Shown here: piece by piece, positions 23,138-35,499 of the stretch
How the letters are laid out: every line of letters begins with the position of its first letter
Numbering within the stretch: position 1 is the stretch's first letter
NCBI RefSeq assembly: GCF_964213995.1
Contig: NW_027590121.1
Location: 1,736,001 to 1,800,000 of the forward strand
DNA from: Mustelus asterias
Taxonomy: Eukaryota
DNA length: 64,000 nt
Direction: 5' to 3'
The notes under the pieces: generated by a model
The model's input: only the letters and a program-made list of their open reading frames with translations
Databases searched by the model: none
What the model was told of the DNA's origin: nothing
Translations under genes and position numbers: made by a program

Positions 23138-23950
23138 AAGCCGCTTCTTTTACCTTAAAAGAGGCCCACATCTGTGAGTAAAACACTTTCTTTTCTCCCC
23201 CTTTCCATTTCTTTTCTCATTCTGGGGGAAATTGGGAACTTGCAGCAACTGAAGGGAAAGGAAGTGAATCCAGTCTGTACATTCCACACATTGTTAGTCC
23301 AGTCAGATAGACATAGATCTGTCTGGCAGCCTGCATGGAGATTTCCAGCTCTCTGTGTCCAGGACAGGAAGCAGTGAGCATGGATCTGTCAATCAGCCTC
23401 AATCAGCACCTTCAGGAGAATTGGGAGGGTGAATATTAGATACAGCAGAGTGAGAATGGAGGGAGAGTGTGTGGGATGGAGATTTACAGCTTTTGGGGAA
23501 TGAGAGAGGAAGAATGTTCCACAGAAACTAGAATTGTCTGTTCTGAATTTCTATCCTGTGCTGACATTGATGAATTTTTCAAACTCGTTTACAGGATATG
23601 AGAAGGTGAGGATTGACAGACCAAAATCTTGAAACAAACATCACATCAGCATCTGACACCCTCACTCAATTCATCGGACCTGAATATTATCAGCCTTTGA
23701 ATCTAGAAGGAGAAATGTTTCTCTGTTCTGTCTGCGTCAACAGGCCTTTAATATCAATGTGACTGGAAAAGCACCAAGGCACAGATACTCCCGAGTGACA
23801 GTGTTCCACTGCACTGAGTGTGGAAAGAGCTTTAACCAGTTACACAGCCTGAAAATACATTGCAGCATTCACAGCGGGGAGAGACTGTACCCGTGTTGTG
23901 TGAGATTTAACTGATTGTTTAACCTGGAGAGTCACAAGGACACCCGCACC

Positions 23951-24961
23951 ATGGAGAAACGGTGGAAATGTGGGGACTGTGGGAAGAGATACAGAGCTCC
24001 CTGTAAACTGGAAATTCATCGACGCAGTCACACCGGGGAGAGGCCATTCACCTGCTCTGTGTGTGGGAAGAGATTCACTCGGTTATATAATCTGCAGCGT
24101 CATTAGCTGGTTCATACTGGAGAAAGAGCGTTCATCTGCTTTGAGTGTGGGAACAGATTCGCTCATTTACCCGATCTGCCGAAACACCAGCGTGTTCACA
24201 CTGGAGAGAGACCATTCACCTGCTTGGTGTGTGGGAAAGGATTTATGCAGTTATCCAACCTGTCGAAACACAAAGTCACTCACAGCAATGAGAAACCCTT
24301 TAAATGCTCTGACTGTGGGCGTGATTTCAAAACCTCTCGGGAACTGATGATTCACCAGCGCATTCACACTGGGGAGAGACCGTTCACCTGCTTGGTGTTT
24401 GGGAAAGGATTTACGCAGTTATCCAACCTGTCAAAACACAAAGTCACTCATAGCAATGAGAGACCCTTTAAATGCTCTGACTGTGGGAGTGGTTTCAAAA
24501 GCTCTCGGGAACTGATTACCCACCAGCGCATTCACACTGGGGAGAGACCGTTCAGCTGCTCTCACTGCGCAAAGAAATTTAGAACGCCATCCCACCTGCG
24601 GATACACCAGCGAGTTCACACTGTGGAGAGACAGTTCACCTGCTCTGTGTGTGGGAAGGGATTCACTCAGTCATCCAGCCTGCAGAACCACAATCTCACT
24701 CACACCAATGAGAGACCATTTAAATGTTCTGACTGTGGAAGTGATTTCAAAAGCTCTCGGGAACTGATGATTCACCAGCGCATTCACACTGAGGACAGAC
24801 CGTTCAGCTGCTCTCACTGCTCAAAGAGATTTAGAACGTCATCCCACCTGCGGATACACCAGCGAGTTCACACTGGGGAGAGACCTTTCACTTGCTGTGT
24901 GTGTGGGAAGGGATTCACTCAGTCATCTAGCCTGTGGACACACCAGCAAGTTCACAAGTGA
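23951..24961 (+). pseudogene. C2H2 zinc-finger gene, 12 fingers, in-frame TAG at 24104-24106
   Basis: Two ORFs in the same frame; paralog of 5450-6292 with one extra finger pair. Predicted intron 23174-23594 (GTGAGT...TTTACAG). Confidence 0.8.
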
Positions 24962-25371
24962 TGACGGGTTGGATTCTGCTGTTATTCCTGCCATTAATCA
25001 CATCCAGGACTGAACCATGTTTATTCTTATAGTTGGTGAAGTGGAAGGGTAGGAGAGATTCTTTCTGCTGGACTGGCCGATCGCACGACTTTGCTTCCAG
25101 TGGGGCTAATGCTCTTTGAGCCTGGGAGAGCACATTGCCACTGAAATGATCCACAAAAGCTGATGAAGGACATTTATTTTATCCTGGATAGTAAATAGTG
25201 TTTTTCCCCCCACTACAGGTAGATCTGAAATAAATACAGAAAGGACTGGAAAAACGCAGCAGATCTGGCAGCATCTGTGGAGAGAGAAACAGAGTTAACA
25301 TTTCACACTACTGGATTGGGAATCAATCTAGTAAACCTCCTCTGAACTGCTTCCATGGTATTTATAAAATG

Positions 25372-25685
25372 GGGCAGCACAGTGGTTAGCACTGCTGCCT
25401 CACAACGCCAGGGACCCGGGTTCAATTCCACCCTGGATCACTGTCTGTGTGGAGTTTGCATGTTCTCCCCATGTCTGTGTGGGTTTCATCCGGGTGCTCC
25501 GGTTTCCTCCCACAGTCCAAAGATGTGCGGGTTAGGTGGATTGGCTATGCTAAATTGACCCTTGTGTCGGGGGGATTAGCAGGGTAAATGTGTGGGGTTA
25601 TGGGAATAGGGTCTGGGTGGGATGCTGTTTGGTACAGACTCGATGGGCAGAATGGCCTCTGTCTGTACTGCAGGGATCCTACGAT
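25372..25685 (+). mobile_element. HE1-like SINE
   Basis: Head and tail match the family. Confidence 0.85.
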
Positions 25686-26271
25686 CCTTTGTTTAATTGG
25701 AGACAAAGCTGCACCCGGTGTTCAAGATGCAGTCTCAGTAACGCCCTGTATAACTGAAGCAGAATATCTACTTCTATGTTCAATTTCTCTCGTAATAAAG
25801 GATAGCATTTCATTTGTGAGAATGTTGATTTATTTGAACTAAGACTTATGAGGTTCTCTTGTTTACAATAACTCCATAACTGTCAATCACACCAGGTTCC
25901 AGTGACTTAACCATGTGGCTCGAAAGAATACTTTAAATGGTGAATTCAGGAAGTTTATTAACCATTAGAAATGTAACAAGTCAGAAAGATAAAAAAGGTA
26001 AGTATCGATTAACAGTAAAAGGAGAAAGCTCAGCTTTAACAATTGAATGTATGAACTGATGAAATGTTATGGGGAGAAGGCAGGAACATGGGGATGAGGA
26101 GCACATCAGCCATGATCGAATGATGGAGCAGATTCGATGGGCCGAATGGCCTAATTCTGCTCCAAGATCTTATGAACAGATTTCTCTCTATCCTTTTCAG
26201 ACCAGGACATGAAGTGATGGCTCCGAAAACATGGATAACTTGTAAAATCAACAGCTCCCAACACCTCTCTG

Positions 26272-26725
26272 TAGGGCACAGTGGTTTGCACTGCTGCCTC
26301 ACAGCGCTAGGGCCTGGGTTCGACTCCCGGCTTGGGTCACAGTATGCACATTCTCCCCATGTCTGCGTGGGTTTCCTTCAGGTGCTCCGGTTTTCTCCCA
26401 CAGTCCGAAAGACATGCTGGTTTTCAGAGTAACTTCAATGCAGTGTTAATGTAAGCCGACTTGTGACACTAATAAATGAAGTTCCTGGGAAAATCCCCGA
26501 GTCACCGCACTCTGGCATCTGTTTGGGTTACACTGAGGGAGAATTTAGCATGGTCAATGCACCGAACCAGCACATCTTTCGAACTGTGGGAGGAAACCAG
26601 AGCACCCGGAAGAAAACCAGGCGGACACGGGAACAACGTGCAAAGTCCACAGAGTCTCCCAAGCTGGGAATCAAACCCAGGCCCCTGGCGCTGAGGCAGC
26701 AGTGCTAACCAGTGTGCCACCGGGC
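26272..26725. mobile_element. Two tail-to-tail SINE fragments
   Basis: Plus-strand head at about 26272 and minus-strand head ending at about 26725. Confidence 0.7.
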
Positions 26726-27229
26726 CACCCTAACAAGTCTTGTTATGTTTTTTCCATTCTGTTGGCATCAGAAGGCAATATCTTATAATTCCCACAGCAT
26801 TTTAACCATTCTTTATAATTCTAAACTTTATAAACTTTTGTGTTCAAATTTACATTTCTAGCCTAACATCTGTATTAATGAATCATTTACCCGAACAGGC
26901 GCTGGAGTGTGGTGACTAGGGAATTTTCACAATAACTTCATTGCAGTGTTAATGTAAGCTTACTTGTGACTGATAAACTTTTTTAAAACAATCTTTGTTG
27001 CTATTCGACCACATTGGCTTCACACTCCCCACAGCCCCTCTGCCCGTTTCACACTCATTTTCGCTGGAATCATTTATTCTTTAATTGTTTTACAGTTCAA
27101 GCTGTCCATTTAACTAATCTGGCTGTTTTACAATTGTGGGAACTTCACTCCACAAATAAGGTAGTAGAATGCATTGTTAAAAGCAGGATGTTCTTTATAT
27201 AAATTAAAGACAAAGTTTAAAACTCATTG

Positions 27230-28600
27230 GTAAACAAAAGGAAACAGGAGCATTGGAACCAGCCTGGACTTGCAGACTGAAACCCCGCCCAAAGCCCGCA
27301 CGTGCTCAGAAGGGAGAGAGGTTGAGAAGAACACTCTGTAACACTTCTCCTCCCCTTAAATTTCAATCCCCCATTAGGACAGAAACACAACAAAGTAATG
27401 TCTTTAATAATACGGAAGTCTGTCAGGAGCTTTGCGGTTGCATTGCGACCTGTACAATACCACTGGTAAATCTTGTAATGGTGTTTCTGGAATGGGAGGT
27501 GAAGAGGTAGTTTGAGAATCTGTACATGAACATTCCTCTTCCACTCCCACAGCAGAGTCAACTGGCAAAGCTGGAACCATTTCCTGGTGAACATCCACAG
27601 CAGCATGACCCTCTGCCATGTTCTCTGTAATGGTTGCTGACTCTGAAACTGTTCCTGACTCGGGGTCACACCGCAAGCGAATATGGTCTTGGTGTCTGTG
27701 AACAACTCTTCCGTTTTACAGTCTCACCACCCAAGACCACTTTGGTTTAAAATTATTCCCGGTAACCACCTTTAGTTACTCCCAAAGTTTCTGATGTAAA
27801 CCTGATCACCCGGTTTGAACTGCCTCTCTTTGGCGCGGTAGTCGTGTCCCTCCTTCTGCTTCTCTTGTCTCCTGCTCACTTTTGCTCTGAGATCTGGATG
27901 AAGCAGATCCAGATGAGACTTCAACCTTCTACCTAAAAATTCCACAGGAGAGAGTCCGGTTGTGGATTGTGGTGTGATGCGAAACTGGAACAAAAATCTT
28001 GAGAGCTTGTTCTTAAAGTATCGCCTGCGATTCTCTTCAATCCCTCCTTCAGAGTTTGAACAGCTCTTTCTGCTCGCCCATTTGTACAGTAAGAAGTTTA
28101 ACAACACCAGGTTAAAGTCCAACAGGTTTATTTGTTAGCAAATGCCACGAGCGAACAAATGCATTTGCGAAGAAATAAACCTGTTGGACTTTAACCTGGT
28201 GTTGTTAAAACTCTTACTGTGTTTACCCTAGTCCGACGCCGGCATCTCCACATCATGCAGACCATTTGTAGCCAGACGAAACGGTGCAGTACGCACATGG
28301 CGTAGACCATTCCTTTACAGGAATTCCTGAAACACCTCACTTATTAACACAGTGTCATTATCTGAAACAAGCCAATCTGGTAACCCAGGGCTTGTGAAAA
28401 TTTGACAGAGCTTCTCTATTGTCACAGGAGCTGGAATATTACTCATGATCTGTGCTTCCAACCATTTTGAATGCACATTTACAACGACCAAACACATGTG
28501 ATTCATGAAAGGCCCCCTCAAAGGCCACATTTATTCTGGACCACGGCCGATCAGGCCACTCCCAAGGATGAAGTGGTAATGTACCCAGTGTGTTGTGCCT
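27230..28600 (-). mobile_element. Degenerate Gypsy-type integrase plus PPT/LTR start, interrupted by Penelope terminal repeats (about 28085-28256)
   Basis: GPFMNHMCLVVVNVHSKWLE...GLPDWLVSDN and LSRFLFQFRITPQSTTGLSP are integrase core motifs. Confidence 0.85.
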
Positions 28601-30034
28601 GATTCAATCGACAAACAGTTTATTGAGTTACGCCAGCGGGGAGAAGCCACAGGGGCTGACCATGCGCAACTCCACCCAACAAAGAATATCATCAATTCTT
28701 ATACAGTTACTCAGCTCATCCCGGCTGGACACAATCCAATCAGAATGGTGATAGATTACATACATTATAGGTTCAATAAAATTAGTATCTGGGCATTATG
28801 GGGCTTTGTGATCATCTCATGGACAGGTGCCCCCATCATGATGCTTTCCAGACCCCCCTTGGGGGGGGTCTTTCTTGGGCTTTCTTTGTCCATAGACTCC
28901 CTTAGTTAGAAATGGGATGGATTAAAAGTTCTCATGGACGTCAGCACCCTTCCTTTGTTTTAGTCTAATGACCATATGGTCTGGGAACATTTCTATTTAA
29001 TACTCTCTCTTTTTAAACTCTTTTCTTCAGTATCCAATTCCAGAATTTTCCTTTTCTTTGTGTTACTTGCGTCAGGAATAAATCTTTGGACCTGACAGGA
29101 AGTTTAACCCAGGATTGGTCATAATCATTTCACATGTGTCAAATTTTAAATAACCATTACAAATTAAAACTCTCATTCTCACATGGGTGAATTGTATCCG
29201 GATTAAAATTCCCACATGTTTAGTAAAATATCCTGGAATCCTGTCTCTGGCCAGTAAATATGGCTCCAGGTTCATAACTTCTGAACAAAAAAAGTTTTAT
29301 TGATCACACTTCCTTTTTTAAAAATCTGTTTGATTTAAATCACAGACAGAAAACCTCAAAGCTTGAAGCGTTTAACCCACAAATATCATCCATACACAAA
29401 CAGAGAAACTTAACATGTGCTTTACAACAACAATAACCAAAATTAATTACTTAAGCGTTCTTGTGATTCTGTTTTTAAACTTCCAAAAATGCCTTTAATT
29501 AAAGACTCAAGGTAAGGTTAATTCCCCAGAAAGATAAACCTTAACAAATGTAGCCCAAAACAATAATAAAACACATCTACAAACATCCACATAAAACAAA
29601 CAAAACACACAGATTCTCACAGCTCGTAAATTTCAAACAATGAATCCTCAGCATTCTCTCTCGCAGCTATAGCTTCTTAAAGCGACAGAGCGCTACAAGC
29701 TCACAACTCCTTGATTAAAATAAGATCCAAGATCCTTCATTATAACTTAACCTTTTTAAAGCCAACTTACAAGGACTGATTTTAGAGGCAACATCTTTGT
29801 TGATTTAAAACCCCAAACACGTTACACCCAAACACCGGCAAAATCTTTGTTCTTTATCTGGGGATAAAATTCTCAGTTATTCCAAATTCCTCCAGGCTAT
29901 GCTTAATATTTCCCCATTTAACTTATTCCCAGAAATCCTCAATTATAAACTAAAATAGACACGAGTTTCCGGGCAGTCACAGGAATATGGTCAAGATAGT
30001 CCAGTCCTACAATGCTTCACATTCAATCTGCAGT

Positions 30035-30373
30035 CATAGAAACCCTACAGTACAGAAAGAGGCCATTCGGCCCTTCGAGTCTGCACCGACCACAATCTCA
30101 CCCAGGCCCTACCCCCATATCCCTACATATTTTACCCGCTAATCCCTCTAATCTATGCATCCCAGGACACTAAGGGGCAATTTTAGCATAGCCAATCAAC
30201 CTAACCCACACATCTTTGGACTGTGGGAGGAAACCGGAGCACCCGGAGGAAACCCACGCAGACACGGGGAGAATGTGCCAACTCCACACAGACAGTGACC
30301 CAAGCCAGGAATCGAACCCAGGTCCCTGGAGCTGTGAAGCAGCAGTGCTAACCACTGTGCTACCGTGCCGCCC
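30035..30373 (-). mobile_element. HE1-like SINE (young, full length)
   Basis: Near-identical to 34365-34705; absent from the paralog at about 1480. Confidence 0.9.
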
Positions 30374-31019
30374 CTTCAATTATAACAGAATATGTGACTG
30401 TATGTAGCTGCCTTGGCCATGGTCAACTCCAACCCTTCTTGAACTGCTGCAATGCCTGAGGTATACGTCCACCCACAGTGCTGTTAGGAAGGGACTTCCA
30501 GCTGCATATTCCAGACTTTCACGAGACTGTACGTGGATATCAGATTGATATATTCCATTCAACCACTCCCAAGGTGAGTTATTCCAATTCCTTTATTGTC
30601 CAGGACAATATATTCACAATATCTTTAAAACAGAAATTCAACATTCCCATTTGATTTCAGGTATTAACATGTTCTGTTAGTTTGTTCTTTATTGTCGATG
30701 TCAGGCTGGGGTTGTTCTCCTTGGAGCAAAGGAGGTTGAGGGGAGATTTGATAGAGGTGGACAAGATTCTGACAGGTTTAGATAAGGTGGACAAAGAAAA
30801 GCTGTTCCCATTAGCTGAAGGGACAAGGGCAAGGGGAGACACAGATTTCTTATTTTGGGTCAGAGGTGCAAGGGGGGCAGTGGGGGGTTGAGATGTTAGG
30901 AAGAATATTCTGATGCAGCGAATGGTAATGACCTGGAACTCGCTGCCTACGAGGGAGGAGGAAGTGGAGACAATAAACAATTAAAAAGGAAATTGGATGG
31001 GCATTTGGGATGTTCCAAA

Positions 31020-32075
31020 CAGAACGAAGAACAAAGAAAATTACAGCACAGAAACAAGCCCTTCGGCCCTCCAAGCCTGTCGCAACCATGCTGCCCGTCT
31101 GAACTAAAACCCCCTACCCTTCCGGGGACGATATCCCTCTATTCCTATGCTATTCATATATTTGTCAAGACACATCTGAAAAGTCACTATCTTATCTGCT
31201 TCCACTACCTTCCCCAGCAACGAGTTCCTGGCACCCACCACCCTCGGTGTAAAAAAAACCTGCCTCGTACATCTCCTTTAAACCTTGCCTTATGCACCTT
31301 AAACTTATGCCCCGAGTAATTGACTCTTCCACCCTGGGAAAAAGCTTCAGATTATCCACTCTGTCCATGCCCCTCATAATCTTGTAGACTTCTATCAGGT
31401 CGCCCCCCTCAACCTCCGTCGTTCCAGTGAGAACAAACCAAGTTTCTCCAACCTCTCCTCATAGCTAATGCCCTCCACACCAGGCAACATCCTGATAAAT
31501 ATTTTCCGTACCCTCTCCAAAGCCTCCACATTCTTCTGGTAGTGTGGTGACCAGACTTGATTCCAAGTACGGTCCAACAAAGGTTCAATAAAGCTGCAAC
31601 ATGACTTGCCAGTTTTTAAACTCAATGCCCCGGCCGATGAAGGCAAGCATGCCGTATGCCTTCTTATCTTCTCCACCTGCATTGCCACTTTCAATGACCT
31701 GTGTACCTGTACACCCAGGTCCCTCTGCCTATGAATACTCTTAAGGGTTCTGCCATTTACTGTATATTTCCCATCTGTATTAGACCTTCCAAAATGCATT
31801 ACCTCACATTTGTCCGCATTAAACTTCATCTGCCATCTCTCCGCCCAAGTCTCCAACTGATCTATATCCTGCTGTATCCTCTGCCGGTCCCCATCGCTAT
31901 CCGCAATTCCACCAACCTTTGTGTCGTCCACAAACTTACCAATCAAATCAGTTACATTTTCCTCCAAATCATTTATATACATTACAAACAGCAAAAGTCC
32001 CAGCACTGATCCCTGAGGAACGTCACTTGTCACAGCCTTCCATTCAGAAATGTACCTTTGCACTGCCAACCTCTG
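31020..32075 (-). mobile_element. 5'-truncated CR1 LINE (RT domain to 3' tail)
   Basis: VPQGSVLG..LF..YINDL..KFVDDTK RT motifs and a TTCTTTG-type tail; absent from the paralog at about 850. Confidence 0.92.
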
Positions 32076-32320
32076 TTTTCTTCTGACTAAATATCTCTAA
32101 ACTTCCTAATACCCTGTCACTCTGTGATCCTTGTGACATTTGAAACCATGTATTCGCAAAAAGACTCAAAGAGCATCAGCCCACTGGAGGCTGAGACCGG
32201 CCAGTCCAGCAGAAAGAAACCCTCTGCCCCTTCCCATTGACCAACTGTGAGAATGAACAAAATGCAGTCCTGGATGTAACTGAGAGCAGAAACAATAACA
32301 GCAGAATCCAACCCCTGTCA

Positions 32321-33247
32321 TCACTCGTGAACTTGCTGGTGTATCCGCAGGTGGGTTAACCGAGTGAATCCCTTCCCACACTGAGAGCAGGTGAACGGCC
32401 TCTCCCCAGTGTGAACTCTCTGGTGTGTCCGCAGGTTGGATAACTGAGTGAATCCCTTTCCACACTGAGAGCAGATGAATGGTTTCTCCCCAGTGTGAGC
32501 TCGCTGGTGTCTCAGCAGCTGGGATGAAACGCTGAAACCCTTCCCACACTGAGAGCAGGTGAATGGCCTCTCCCCTGTGTGAACTCGCTGGTGTGTCCGC
32601 AGGTGGGTTGACTGACTGAATCCCTTCCCACACTGAGAGCAGGTGAATGGTTTCTCCCCAGTGTGAACTCTCTGGTGTGTCTGCAGGTTGGATGACACAG
32701 TGAATCCCTTCCCACACTGAGAGCAGGTGAATGGTTTCTCCCCAGTGTGAACTCGCTGGTGTGTCCGCAGTTCGGATAATCGAGCGAATCCCTTCCCACA
32801 CTGAGAACAGGTGAACGGCCTCTCTCCAGTGTGAACTCGCTGGTGTCTCTGCAAGTCTGATAACTGAATGAATCCCTTCCCACATTGAGAGCAGGCGAAT
32901 GGTTTCTCCCCAGTGTGAACTCGCTGGTGTATCTGCAGGTCGGATAATCGAGTGAATCCCTTCCCACATTGAGAGCAAGTGAACGGCCTCTCCCCTGTGT
33001 GAACCCGTTCGTGTGTCCGCAGGTTGGATGACTGAGTGAATCCCTTCCCACACTGAGAGCAGGTGAATGGTCTCTCCCCAGTGTGAACTCGCTGGTGTGC
33101 CCGTAAGCTGGATAACTGATTAAACCCCTTCTCACACTGAGAGCAGATGAACGGCCTCTCCCCAGTGTGACTGCGCCGATGAGCTTCCAGCTCTGATGGG
33201 GTTCTGTATCCCTTCCCACAGTCCACACATTTCCATGGTTTCTCCAT
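32321..33247 (-). CDS. C2H2 zinc-finger protein, 308 aa from ATG, 11 intact fingers
   Basis: Uninterrupted array of 84-bp finger units; predicted acceptor (ttttacag) at about 33598. Confidence 0.92.
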   Translation of the reverse strand: MEKPWKCVDCGKGYRTPSELEAHRRSHTGERPFICSQCEKGFNQLSSLRAHQRVHTGERPFTCSQCGKGFTQSSNLRTHERVHTGERPFTCSQCGKGFTRLSDLQIHQRVHTGEKPFACSQCGKGFIQLSDLQRHQRVHTGERPFTCSQCGKGFARLSELRTHQRVHTGEKPFTCSQCGKGFTVSSNLQTHQRVHTGEKPFTCSQCGKGFSQSTHLRTHQRVHTGERPFTCSQCGKGFSVSSQLLRHQRAHTGEKPFICSQCGKGFTQLSNLRTHQRVHTGERPFTCSQCGKGFTRLTHLRIHQQVHE

Positions 33248-33919
33248 GATGCAGGTGTCCTTACCTCTCTCTTGGGTGGACAATTAGTTGAATTTCGTCC
33301 ACATGCAGAACAAGATTACAGTCTCTACCCGCTGTGAATGGTGTGATATTTATTCAGTCTGTGTAACTGATTAAAGCTCTTTAGTCAGTGCATTGGAACA
33401 CCCTCACTCGAGTGTGGCAGAGTGTTGATGCTTTTTCACTCACACTGACATTTCAAATCTTTTCAAATCGACAGACTGGACAATCATTTCTCCTTCTGGA
33501 TTCAAAGTCCGATGATATTGAGGTCCCAAGGGATACGACTCTGTCACGTCTAGACGTGACGTTTGAGATTTCGGCCTGTGATTCCTCTTTCAATATCCTG
33601 TAAAATGAGTTTCCAAAAGTCATCAGTGTCAGTACAGGATAGAAATTCAGAACAGACAATTTCTATGGAACATTCTTTCCTCTCTCATTCCCCAAAAGCT
33701 GTAAATCTCCATCACACACACTCTCTCCCCATTCTCAGCAGATCTGGCAGCATCTGTATGGATAGAAAAGAACTGATGTTTCAGAGTTTTGATAAAGGGT
33801 CATTTCGACAAGAAACATCAGCTCTTTTCTCTCCTTACAGATGCTGCCAGACCTGCTGAGATTTTCCAGCATTTTCTCTCTTGGTTTCAGATTCCAGCAT
33901 CCGCAGTAATTTGCTTTTA

Positions 33920-34900
33920 TAAGGCTGCAGATACCTCCTCCCAAGTAACATGCGTGTGCCCAAGACATCACCACTTGTTCCCCTTATTTCTTTCGCACCC
34001 ATGGTGCTCTCCGCAGTAAACACAGAGGAGAAGTATTCATTAAAAATCTCACCCATCTCCTGTGGCTCCACACACAGATGGCCACACTGATTTTTAAGGG
34101 GATCTATTCTCTCTCTCGCCACCCTTTTACTCTTAATATAGCGATAGAACCTCTTGGAATTTTCTTTAATCTTACCTGCCAGATCCATATCATACCCTCT
34201 TTTTGTCCTCCTGATTTCCCTCTTCAGTATTTTCTTACACTTTTTATAGTTAGAGTGATTCACTTGTCCCCGATTGCCTAAACCCAATGTATGCTTCCTT
34301 CTTTTACCTGACCAGAGCCTCAATGTCCCTTGTCTGCCAGAGATCCCTAAATTTACCATTCTTTCATAGAAATCATAGAAACCCTACAGTGCAGAAGGAG
34401 GCCATTCGGCCCATCGAGTCTGCACCGACCACAATCCCACCCAGGCCCTACCCCCACATATTTTACCCGCTAATCCCTCTAACCTACACATCCCAGGACT
34501 CTAAGGGGCAATTTTTAATCTGGCCAATCAACCTAACCCGCACATCTTTGGACTGTGGGAGGAAACTGGAGCACCCGGAGGAAACCCACGCAGACACGAG
34601 GAGAATGTGCAAACTCCACACAGACAGTGACCCGAGCCGGGAATCGAACCCGGGACCCTGGAGCTGTGAAGCAGCAGTGCTAACCACTGTGCTACCGTGC
34701 CGCCCTTCATCTTAACAGGAATATACTGCCCCTGGACTCTTGATATCACACTTTTAAAACCTCCCATTTGCCAGTCATTCCTTTCCCTTCAAACAAACTC
34801 ACCTAATCGACATCTCCTCGATCCTGCCTAATGCCCACAAAAGTGGCCCTGCTCCAGTTTAGGGCCTTGACCTGTGGATCTGTCCTATCTTTTTCCAGAA
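33920..34900 (-). mobile_element. CR1 ORF2 internal fragment interrupted by an HE1 SINE (34365-34705)
   Basis: KIKENSKRFYRYIKSKR...NEYFSSVF is the typical CR1 ORF2 inter-domain region. Confidence 0.8.
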
Positions 34901-35499
34901 CTATTTTGAAACTATTGGTGCTCCCAATAGTGCTCCCTGACTGACACTTCAGTCACTTGCTCGACCTCTTTTCTTAACTGTCTAATAGAAAGTGAGTCCA
35001 GGAATTGATAATGAAAAATAAGGAGCTGGGAGGTGAATTGAACAAGTATTTTGCCTCGGTGTTCACAATAGAGGATACAGTTAAAACTCAGAAACAGCTG
35101 GAAATCAGAAAACAGAAGTGTGGGATGAACTCTGAAAAAGCACAATTCCCAGGGAAGTGGTCCTCAGCAAACTGTTGGAGCTGTGGCCTGATGAGTCCTC
35201 GGGTCCTGCTGGGCTTCATTCTCGGGTCTTAACAGAGTGAGATAGTTGATGTGTTGTTCAATTTTCTAAAATTCCCCATCGGGAATTGGATAAAGGGAAA
35301 CCGGTGGATGCGCTGTACTTAGATTTCCAGAAGACATTTGATGAGATGCCACATCAAAGGTTATTGCAGCAAATAAAAATTCATGCTGCGGGGATGACAT
35401 ATTGGCGTGGATAGAAGATTAGCTAACAGCAAACAGTGGGCAGAAATGGAGCATTTTCTGGTTTAAGAGAGAGAGAAACCTGGGCCAACCTTTCCAGAG

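Noticed and set aside
28620-29990. ERV gag/leader remnant on the minus strand
   Set aside because: No convincing motif by eye; left unclassified.
32166-33228. Long alternative-frame ORFs overlapping ZNF arrays (also at 188, 14323 and 46991)
   Set aside because: Shadow frames of 84-bp finger repeats, a common artefact.
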